Below, one piece after another: positions 8,175-15,364 of a stretch of 15,364 nucleotides of DNA (positions within the stretch are counted from its first letter, which is position 1; each line of letters opens with the position of its first letter). Origin of the DNA: Abditibacteriaceae bacterium (GTDB taxonomy: Bacteria; Armatimonadota; Abditibacteriia; Abditibacteriales; Abditibacteriaceae); NCBI GenBank assembly GCA_031425655.1, contig JANPJS010000112.1, positions 1-15,364 on the forward strand. Reading direction: 5' to 3'. The translations under genes and the position numbers were made by a program. The notes beneath the pieces were generated by a model that worked only from the letters and a program-made list of their open reading frames with translations, had not been told where the DNA came from and searched no databases.

Positions 8175-8272
8175 GCCTACGGCTCAGCATCAGCCGCAAT
8201 GCCACTTTTGCAAGAGGTCTAATGAGATTCACGGCTTTCATTGGAAGGTCTCTCAACGAAGCATCGAGGCAC

Positions 8273-10234
8273 TTAGAGATGCGGATGAGCGCGGTTGCTG
8301 TCCCACCAATTGCGCCAAGTTTTGAGCAGCGCGTCAGGGTTTTCTTGCAGCGCGCGGCCTAAGCCATGCTTCGGCAAATGCGTGATGCTCTGCAAAGCAC
8401 GACGCGCCTGCGCCTGCACTTCCGCCGTCGGGCCACGTTGGGCCAAAGCGATCATTTCGCCAACGTATTGCCTGCCGGCGTGCGGCAAAAGCGCCAAACC
8501 GCGCTCTGGCCAGTGCGGCGGATTGTGGGAAGCTAAGGTTTCCAACAGCCCGGCGCGGTCAGACGGCGTGCCGCTACGCAAGATTGTGACGATTATCGCT
8601 CGCGCTTCGGGCAAATCAAGGCGCTTGAGAATCAAATCGTAAGCGCGGTCGCGGTCGAATTGCGTGAAGCGTCCGCGATTGGTGAACACAGTTTTTAGCA
8701 ACGAGAACGCGGCGCGCGGCGAGTTGAGCGCGACCGCTTCGATAATCGGCAACACGTTGGCGCGAGGCTGCTTGACGAGCGAAGCGAAAACCGCGCGCAA
8801 TTCATCGAGCGTGGCGGCTTGCCCACAGTCGCGCAAATAAGCAACGGCTTCCTCGCGCTGCTGCCAATCGGCAGAGGCACGCATTCGCGCCAATACACGC
8901 ATTCGCGCCAATAAAAGCACGGCACGTTCGCGCGTTTTGTAGCTGCCCAGCAGCGCGTGCGTGCGCTTATCGAACAGGGGCGACGGCGAAGCCAAATCAC
9001 GAAAAATTACTTCACGCACTCCGACATCGCCCGCCAAAAGCAACACTTTTAACGCCGCCGAGCGCAGTTCAGCGTGCAAACCTTGATTCATCGCCACCGG
9101 GCGCAGCAACGCTTGCAATGTGGCATCGCGCGGCATTTTGTTCAGCAGAAGGGCCAACGAACCTTGCTGCTTGCGCTCTATTAAGGAGGCATCGCGCAGA
9201 AGGCGGCGCCACAACCTCGCATCGCTGCGCGCCGACGGCGTATTCATCATAAGCGCAACGGTAAACTCGGCTGCTTCTTTGGGTTGAAGGCTCTCGACAC
9301 GACTCATCATCTGCGGCATCAATTTCGTTTTCCAATGCTCGTAAAACGCCCGAAACGCTTTGGAATACGCCGCGCTCGAATAACCAGGTTCGGGATTCTG
9401 CAAGCGCATTTCGGTATGCGCGAGGATGAAGGCCATCTGTGAGATATGTCCCGGTTGGCGCAAAGCGTCCGTCTCATCGAGCACGCGCAGTAATGCGGCT
9501 TTGACTTTTGTCGCGTCCGGGATATTTTGCAATCCGAGTCCGGCGTGCTGGGCCGATTGCTCGCCTGCAAGAAGTCCGCGCGCTAAAAACGGCAAGGCGC
9601 GTTCGTCGCGCACGACGCGCAGTTCGCGCATGATTTCCTGTCGTGCGATGCGGCTGGAACCATCGTCGTCGCGCGGCATTTGTGCGGCGCGCTCGAACAT
9701 TTTTTGGCGCGCGGCCTCGTCGGGCGGCGTGATTTCCAGAATTAACGGCGCGCTTGATGGAGCATTTGGGTTCGAGCCGAAACCGTCGAGATATTTGTCG
9801 CCAGCGCGCCCGACGCTTTTGTGAGCGCGAATCGTGTATTTTCCGGGCCGGTCGAGAGCGAGCCACTGGTTAAGAAAAGCCGTCTGCTCGTAAGGTTTGC
9901 CGGGCGAAATGGCCTGTGTCGGCAGTGGCCCGCCGAAAACGCACGCCGTCGGCCCTCTCAAATGCGGCACCGCCTTGCCCTGTTGGTCAGTGGCAGCGAA
10001 GGAGGGCGAAAAGCAGAGATCAAGCCAGTCGGCGCCGGACGATAACACATAAAACGTCCCGTTTTCGCTGCTGAAACGCATTCGCACCGCGATGATTTCG
10101 CCCGCCGCGAAGTTCGTTTTATCGGCGAGTAATTCAAATTTCAGACCGGCAGGCGGGGCGGCGCCCGGCAATTTTTCCAGCGCCAACGCGCCACGCGCCG
10201 ACAGCAACATCACGAGAAACAGGAAAATTTTCAT
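8273..10234 (-). CDS. Secreted hypothetical protein with a beta-rich N-terminal domain and an alpha-helical (HEAT-like) C-terminal region
   Basis: 653 aa from ATG 10234 with a signal peptide (MKIFLFLVMLLSARGALA). The N-terminal region has an Ig/intracellular-proteinase-inhibitor-like pattern (F..GE.I.V...ISPG......LNQW..LDRPGKYTI). It is followed by DERALPFL, ELRSAAL and EVQAQARRALQSIT...W..WW, a pattern typical of HEAT-repeat proteins. The domain calls are inference. Confidence 0.75.
   Translation of the reverse strand: MKIFLFLVMLLSARGALALEKLPGAAPPAGLKFELLADKTNFAAGEIIAVRMRFSSENGTFYVLSSGADWLDLCFSPSFAATDQQGKAVPHLRGPTACVFGGPLPTQAISPGKPYEQTAFLNQWLALDRPGKYTIRAHKSVGRAGDKYLDGFGSNPNAPSSAPLILEITPPDEAARQKMFERAAQMPRDDDGSSRIARQEIMRELRVVRDERALPFLARGLLAGEQSAQHAGLGLQNIPDATKVKAALLRVLDETDALRQPGHISQMAFILAHTEMRLQNPEPGYSSAAYSKAFRAFYEHWKTKLMPQMMSRVESLQPKEAAEFTVALMMNTPSARSDARLWRRLLRDASLIERKQQGSLALLLNKMPRDATLQALLRPVAMNQGLHAELRSAALKVLLLAGDVGVREVIFRDLASPSPLFDKRTHALLGSYKTRERAVLLLARMRVLARMRASADWQQREEAVAYLRDCGQAATLDELRAVFASLVKQPRANVLPIIEAVALNSPRAAFSLLKTVFTNRGRFTQFDRDRAYDLILKRLDLPEARAIIVTILRSGTPSDRAGLLETLASHNPPHWPERGLALLPHAGRQYVGEMIALAQRGPTAEVQAQARRALQSITHLPKHGLGRALQENPDALLKTWRNWWDSNRAHPHL
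8878..8913. repeat. Perfect 18-bp in-frame tandem duplication
   Basis: cacgcattcgcgccaata at 8878-8895 and 8896-8913, giving LARMRV-LARMRA in the protein. Confidence 0.95.
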
Positions 10235-10493
10235 GGTGGGATTTTTCAAACCTGCCTTTCAAAAACGGGGCGCTGATGGCAGTGTGGCGGCTCACGGCGT
10301 TTCAAACAATAAGACTTGTATCAAACGACAGTGCAGCGGAGCCAATTTAAGCATCGCGCGTCTTCCAAAGCCACCAAAACCGAAGCAGCGGGCATGAAAG
10401 TCGCGCTTTCGTGCCTCAAAAGCTCTGCTGCGGGGTCAAACCACTGTTCAAAATCCGGCGAATCGCCGAAACTGGGCCTACTTTTCAAATCCC

Positions 10494-13400
10494 ATGACAC
10501 AATTTTCAAGTCGAATCCTCTGCTTGTCTGCGCTCTCGTTTTCCGCCGTTTTGACCGTAAAAGCGGCGGACGCACCTAAAATCACGCCGGAGCAAAGCGC
10601 CTTTTTTGAAACCAAAGTGCGTCCGGTTTTGGCCGACAATTGCTACAAATGTCACAGCGAAAAAAAGCAAGCCGGCAACTTGCGCGTGGATTCGCTGGCG
10701 GCGCTTCTCAAAGGCGGCGATTTCGGGCCGAGTCTGGTGCCCGGCGATCCCGAAAAAAGCAAGTTGGTCGAGGCGATTCGCTACCACAATGACGATTTGC
10801 AAATGCCGCCCGCCGGCAAAATGAAACAGCCGGACATTGACGCCATCGTCGAATGGGTCAAAATGGGCGCGCCGTGGCCTAATGCCGGCGGCGCTGGAGA
10901 AGCGCCCAAAACTGTCGCCAAAGTTTGGACGATCACGCCGCAGCAACGCGCGTTTTGGTCGCTGCAACCGATTAAAAAAGTCGCGCTGCCCGTTGTCAAA
11001 GACAAGGCGTGGATCAAGTCTCCGATTGACAATTTCATCCTCGCGCGCCTCGAAGCGGCAGGTTTACAGCCCGCGCCGCCCGCCGACCGCCGCACGCTTA
11101 TTCGCCGCGCTTATTTCGATCTCGTCGGTTTGGCGCCAACGCCCGAAGAAGTGGACGCCTTCCTTAATGATAAAGCGCCGGACGCTTACGCCAAAGTCGT
11201 GGACAAGCTGCTGGCGAGTCCTCAATACGGCGAGCGTTGGGGCCGTCGCTGGCTGGATGTGGCGCGCTACGCCGATTCCAATGGTTTGGACGAAAATACC
11301 GCGTTCGGCAACGCCTGGCGCTACCGCGATTACGTCATCGCGGCGCTGAACAAAGACAAGCCTTATAACGAGTTCGTCAAAGAGCAAATCGCCGGCGACC
11401 TGATGCCGACCGACGACCCAATGCTACGCAACGACCGCCTCACCGCGACGGCGTTTATGAGCTTAGGCGCGAAAGTCTTGGCCGAGCCGGACAAACCGAA
11501 ATTCGCCATGGACATCGTGGACGAGCAAATTGACACCACGACCAAAGCCGTTCTCGGCCTGACCGTCGCGTGCGCGCGTTGCCACGATCACAAATTCGAC
11601 CCGATTTCGACCAAAGATTATTACGCCATCGCCGGCATTTTCAAAAGCACGCGCACGATGGTCAACCTCAACACCGTGGCGAAGGTTTTCCAGCGGCCTT
11701 TGGCTTCGCCCGAAGTCGAAGCGGAAATCAAAATCAAGCAGGAAGACGTAAAAAAGGCCGACGGCGAAGTTAAGAGAATTTCCAACGCAGCCAATCAGGA
11801 TTTACGCAGCGCGCTGAACAACGATGTCGGCAAATACATTTTGGCCGGTTGGGAATTGGCGCAGGGCGGCGGCTTGTTTACGATTGGTGACACGCCGGTC
11901 AAGGCGGGCGACCCGGAGCGACTGATTATCGAAGCTGAAAAGTATAATCGTGGGGATTTCACCAAGAACTTCGACTCCTACGGCAAGGACATCGGCGTGA
12001 TTCATTCCGCCAACTCAACTTTCGCTGAATGGGACATCACCTTGCCCGCAGCCGGTGATTATCAACTGGAATTGCGCTATGCGGCGCAGGATTCACGGCC
12101 CGTGCGCTTGAAAGTTAACGACCAAACCATCGCCGAAAACGCCCTGACCGGCACAACCGGCAGTTGGAATCCCGACGGGCAAAAATGGGAAGCGCAGGGC
12201 ATTTTCAAGTTTATTGAAGGCAAAAATGTGCTGCGCCTCGAATCGAAAGGCGTTATTCCGCACATTGACAAGCTGCTCGTCGTCGCCTCGAAAGCGCCCG
12301 AAGGACAGGCCGCGCCGTCGCGCACCGCGCAGCAAATCGCGGGGCAGCGCAAGCTGATTCAAAGCGTGGTCGAGGCATGGGCGAAGACTCTGCGTCCTCT
12401 GCGCGGCAAGGCGGAATTTGCGGCGTGGAAAGAACTGGCGATGGCGCCCGACGCCGATTTCAACGCATCCGCACAAAAAATCGCCACACAGGTTAAAGGC
12501 ACCGAAGGCGCCGAACTGGCGCCAATCCGCGCCGCGATTACAGCGAAAAAAGGCCCGCTCACGGTGCCGGATAAGGCCGAAGAACTGTATCCCAAAGACG
12601 TAAAAGACAAGCTCGCCAAAGCCAACGAAGTCTTGAAAAAAGCGCAGGAAGCTGTGCCTCAAGCGCCGATGACCATCGCCGTCGAAGACGCCGCGACCAT
12701 CGAAAACGTCAAGGTTCACATTCGTGGCAGCACGCAAAGTTTGGGCGACGAAGTGCCGCGCCGCTTTCCGACCGTTTTGGCCGGCGAAACTCAGACGCCT
12801 CTGCCTGAAAAGACCAGCGGACGCCTGCAATTCGCCGAATGGATGGCCAAAGACGATCATCCTCTCACTTCGCGCGTGATGGTCAACCGCGTCTGGCAGG
12901 GGCATTTCGGCGAGGGCATCGTGCGCTCGCCCGATAACTTCGGCTTGCGCGGCGAACTGCCCTCACATCCCGAATTGCTCGATTATCTGTCGGCTACGTT
13001 CGTCGAAAACGGCTGGTCGCTGAAAAAGATGCATCGCCAAATCATGCTGTCCAACACCTATCAAATGAGCAGCCTCAGCAACGCAAAGGGCGAATTGAAA
13101 GACCCGGACAACAAATTGTTCTGGCGCATGAATCGCCGCCGCCTGGAAGCCGAACCGCTGCGCGACACGCTGCTCCAAGTTTCCGGCCAACTTGATTTAT
13201 CGCCCGGCGGCACGCTTTTGAGCACCAAAGACTCCGATTACGTGACCAACGACCAGTCGAAGAACGGCGCGCAATACGACAAGCCGCGCCGCAGTATTTA
13301 TCTGCCGGTCATCCGCAACGCGGTCTACGACTTTTTTCAAGCCTTCGATTTCGGCGATCCGTCGTCGGTCAACGGCAAACGCGCCGATACCACCATCGCA

Positions 13401-13697
13401 CCGCAGGCGCTTTATATGATGAACAGCCCGTTCGTCATGGAACAAGCGCGCCATTTTGCCGAAAGCCTATTGGCGCAGAAGGACAAAAGCGATGCCGATT
13501 TGCTACGTATCGCTTATCTGCGTGCTTATAGCCGCGTGCCCGCAGCGGCGGAAACCACGCGTGCGACCGCGTTTTTAGCGCGCTACGACGCAGCTTTAAT
13601 CGCTTCCGAACCCGACGCCGCCAAGCGCCGCGTCAAGGTGTGGAGCGGGCTTTGTCAGGTTTTGTTGGCAGCCAACGAATTTGTGTTTGTGAATTAG
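10494..13697 (+). CDS. Planctomycete cytochrome c (PSCyt1) + DUF1549 + DUF1553 protein with an inserted CBM6/CBM35-like module
   Basis: 1067 aa with a Sec signal. FFETKVRPVLADNCYKCH...PGDPEKS...MPP...WVKMGAPW (PSCyt1); PIDNFI...LIRRAYFDLVGL.P, YGERWGRRWLDVARYADS, AWRYRDYVI, CARCHDHKFDPI (DUF1549); SGRLQFAEW...HPLTSRVMVNRVWQGHFG.G, PSHPELLD, RRLEAE..RD, QALYMMN (DUF1553); ends in NEFVFVN. Confidence 0.96.
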   Translation: MTQFSSRILCLSALSFSAVLTVKAADAPKITPEQSAFFETKVRPVLADNCYKCHSEKKQAGNLRVDSLAALLKGGDFGPSLVPGDPEKSKLVEAIRYHNDDLQMPPAGKMKQPDIDAIVEWVKMGAPWPNAGGAGEAPKTVAKVWTITPQQRAFWSLQPIKKVALPVVKDKAWIKSPIDNFILARLEAAGLQPAPPADRRTLIRRAYFDLVGLAPTPEEVDAFLNDKAPDAYAKVVDKLLASPQYGERWGRRWLDVARYADSNGLDENTAFGNAWRYRDYVIAALNKDKPYNEFVKEQIAGDLMPTDDPMLRNDRLTATAFMSLGAKVLAEPDKPKFAMDIVDEQIDTTTKAVLGLTVACARCHDHKFDPISTKDYYAIAGIFKSTRTMVNLNTVAKVFQRPLASPEVEAEIKIKQEDVKKADGEVKRISNAANQDLRSALNNDVGKYILAGWELAQGGGLFTIGDTPVKAGDPERLIIEAEKYNRGDFTKNFDSYGKDIGVIHSANSTFAEWDITLPAAGDYQLELRYAAQDSRPVRLKVNDQTIAENALTGTTGSWNPDGQKWEAQGIFKFIEGKNVLRLESKGVIPHIDKLLVVASKAPEGQAAPSRTAQQIAGQRKLIQSVVEAWAKTLRPLRGKAEFAAWKELAMAPDADFNASAQKIATQVKGTEGAELAPIRAAITAKKGPLTVPDKAEELYPKDVKDKLAKANEVLKKAQEAVPQAPMTIAVEDAATIENVKVHIRGSTQSLGDEVPRRFPTVLAGETQTPLPEKTSGRLQFAEWMAKDDHPLTSRVMVNRVWQGHFGEGIVRSPDNFGLRGELPSHPELLDYLSATFVENGWSLKKMHRQIMLSNTYQMSSLSNAKGELKDPDNKLFWRMNRRRLEAEPLRDTLLQVSGQLDLSPGGTLLSTKDSDYVTNDQSKNGAQYDKPRRSIYLPVIRNAVYDFFQAFDFGDPSSVNGKRADTTIAPQALYMMNSPFVMEQARHFAESLLAQKDKSDADLLRIAYLRAYSRVPAAAETTRATAFLARYDAALIASEPDAAKRRVKVWSGLCQVLLAANEFVFVN

Positions 13698-13761
13698 GTT
13701 CTGGGTTTTGGGTGCTGGGTTTTGGGGTATTTCCAGTCCCCATCACCTAACCCCCAAAACC
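13695..13761. repeat. Inverted arrays of degenerate heptamer repeats (STRR-like)
   Basis: Plus strand: taggttc tgggttt tgggtgc tgggttt tggggta (13695-13729). Minus strand of 13732-13761: ggttt tgggggt taggtga tggggac tgga. Both have the consensus TRGGKNN and face each other. Confidence 0.85.
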
Positions 13762-13764
13762 GCC

Positions 13765-13769
13765 GGAGG
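13765..13769 (+). promoter_or_regulatory. Shine-Dalgarno site of the DUF1501 gene
   Basis: GGAGG located 5 nt before ATG 13775. Confidence 0.75.
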
Positions 13770-13774
13770 CATTT

Positions 13775-15223
13775 ATGACTTTTTGTAACAATCGCAGAAA
13801 CGCCGTCACGCGACGGGAGATGCTGAAGCAGTTCAGCGGTGGCTTTGGAATGCTGGCTTTAGCCGGACTCGTCGGCGAAAACGACGCCAAAGCCGCTGCC
13901 GCAGTGGCTAAAGCCACCGCGAAAAGCGGCGCCGCGAATCCCTTAGCGCCCAAAGCGCCGCAGTTTCCGGCCAAAGCCAAGCGCGTGATTTACCTCTTCA
14001 TGCACGGCGGGCCATCGCAAGTGGACACTTTCGACCCGAAGCCGCTGCTGACGCGCGATCACGGCAAGCCACTGCCTTTTGCCAAGCCGCGCGTGACTTT
14101 CGCCGGAACCGGCAACTTGCTGAAATCGCCGTGGGAATTCAAGCAATACGGGCAAAGCGGCACGCCTGTCAGCGACTTGTTTCCCGAAGTCGCCAAATTC
14201 GTGGACGATTTGTGCGTGATTCGCTCGATGAAGGCCGACAACAACGCACACGGCGGCGCGCTTTTGCAAATGCACACCGGCTCTGATTCGTTCGTGCGTC
14301 CCAGTATTGGCTCGTGGGTGACTTACGGATTGGGCACGGAAAATCAGAATTTGCCCGGTTTCATCACCATTTGCCCGACGCTGGGACACGGCGGTGTGCA
14401 AAATTGGTCGAGCGCCTTTTTGCCGGCTTACGCGCAGGGCACGCCGATTGGCAACGCCAGCATCGCCGCCGAAAAAGCGAATTTCGCTTACATCAACAAT
14501 CCCAGCGCCAGCACCGATTTACAGCGAATGCAGCTCGATTTGCTCAAAGACATGGGCGAAGATCAGCTCAAGCATTTCGGCCACGACCCGAATTTAGAAG
14601 GGCGCATTCAATCGTTCGAGTTGGCCTATCGAATGCAAACCGAAGGGCCGGGTTTAATGGACATTTCCGGCGAAAGCAAGGCCACGCTCGATCTCTATGG
14701 CATCGGCGACAAAACGACGGACAATTTCGGACGCCAATGCCTTTTGGCGCGCCGCTTCGCTGAGAAAGGCGTGCGCTTTATCCAGGCGACGCATTCTTAT
14801 AAGTGGGATCAGCACGGTAACCTCAAAGGCGGGCACACACAGAACGCCAAAGAAGTGGACAAGCCGATTGCCGGCCTGCTTGCTGACTTGAAGGCGCATG
14901 GAATGTTGGACGACACCTTAGTTTTATGGGGCGGCGAGTTTGGCCGCACGCCTGTGGCACAAGGCGACGATGGGCGCGATCACAACCCGAACGGTTTTAC
15001 AGTTTGGATGGCCGGCGGCGGCGTCAAGCCCGGCTCGATTTACGGCGCCACCGACGATTACGGTTATTACGCCACGCAAAACGTGATGCACATCCACGAT
15101 TTACACGCCACAATTCTGCATCTGCTCGGCTTAGATCACTTGAAGCTAACTTATCGCTACGGTGGCCGCGACTTCCGCCTCACCGACGTTTACGGCGAAG
15201 TCGCACACGACGTGATTGCTTAG
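13775..15223 (+). CDS. DUF1501 family protein, Tat-exported
   Basis: 482 aa. TRREML...GFGMLALAGL signal, KAKRVIYLFMHGGPSQVDTFDPKP, RPSIGSWVTYGLGTENQNLPGF, SFELAYRMQ, FGRQCLLARR..EKGVRF, WDQH, GEFGRTP, GRDHNP.GF..WMAGGG and HDLHATILHLLG...RLTDV are present. This is the usual partner of DUF1549/DUF1553 proteins. Confidence 0.96.
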   Translation: MTFCNNRRNAVTRREMLKQFSGGFGMLALAGLVGENDAKAAAAVAKATAKSGAANPLAPKAPQFPAKAKRVIYLFMHGGPSQVDTFDPKPLLTRDHGKPLPFAKPRVTFAGTGNLLKSPWEFKQYGQSGTPVSDLFPEVAKFVDDLCVIRSMKADNNAHGGALLQMHTGSDSFVRPSIGSWVTYGLGTENQNLPGFITICPTLGHGGVQNWSSAFLPAYAQGTPIGNASIAAEKANFAYINNPSASTDLQRMQLDLLKDMGEDQLKHFGHDPNLEGRIQSFELAYRMQTEGPGLMDISGESKATLDLYGIGDKTTDNFGRQCLLARRFAEKGVRFIQATHSYKWDQHGNLKGGHTQNAKEVDKPIAGLLADLKAHGMLDDTLVLWGGEFGRTPVAQGDDGRDHNPNGFTVWMAGGGVKPGSIYGATDDYGYYATQNVMHIHDLHATILHLLGLDHLKLTYRYGGRDFRLTDVYGEVAHDVIA

Positions 15224-15230
15224 AATAATT

Positions 15231-15364
15231 CACCGCAGAGGACGCAGAGAGCGCAGAGGATTTAAGAGAAACAAGCAAAAAGAGATGAGCATCGAATCGT
15301 AATCAGCTTTCGTTACTCGTTTGCCGTTTCTCTTAAATCCTCTGCGCTCTCTGCGTCCTCTGCG
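15231..15364. repeat. Long inverted repeat built from 9-nt CGCAGAG units, truncated by the window end
   Basis: 15234-15272 and 15326-15364 are a perfect 39-bp inverted repeat. The units are accgcagag gacgcagag agcgcagag. Pairing continues imperfectly inward (gcaaa/tttgc). Confidence 0.95.

Noticed and set aside
7953..8362. 61-aa and 105-aa ORFs in the REP-rich gap
   Set aside because: They run through repeat arms and show no RBS and no transposase (HUH or DDE) motifs.
10316..10579. Small ORFs in the divergent gap
   Set aside because: They overlap the 10494 gene start and have no recognisable motif; the gap is better explained as promoter space.
13775..15223. Calling DUF1501 a sulfatase
   Set aside because: There is no C/S-x-P-x-R formylglycine motif in the expected N-terminal position.

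Overview
GC-rich bacterial window with 8 credible CDSs and no rRNA, tRNA, CRISPR array or transposase. It is bracketed by two 'Planctomycete-type' two-gene modules of unknown function: on the minus strand a di-CxxCH DUF1587/1595/1592/1588/1585 protein followed by a Tat-exported DUF1552 (HxxSHH) protein, and on the plus strand a di-CxxCH PSCyt1/DUF1549/DUF1553 protein with an inserted CBM6/CBM35-like module followed by a Tat-exported DUF1501 protein. Between them lie a glycerophosphodiester phosphodiesterase, a secreted protein with a degenerate H-X9-DG (pilin-associated) C-terminus, a secreted pectate lyase (PL1-like)-pectin methylesterase (CE8) fusion and a secreted helical-repeat hypothetical protein. 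The most striking non-coding feature is six largely sequence-unrelated inverted-repeat elements (REP/REPIN/MITE-like), all downstream of gene 3' ends (four within about 10 nt of a stop codon) and none in the divergent promoter gaps. Two hypothetical genes carry recent in-frame tandem duplications (45 bp and 18 bp). The gene content suggests Abditibacteriota/Armatimonadota or PVC (inference only). All family calls come from motif recognition by eye, not from database searches.
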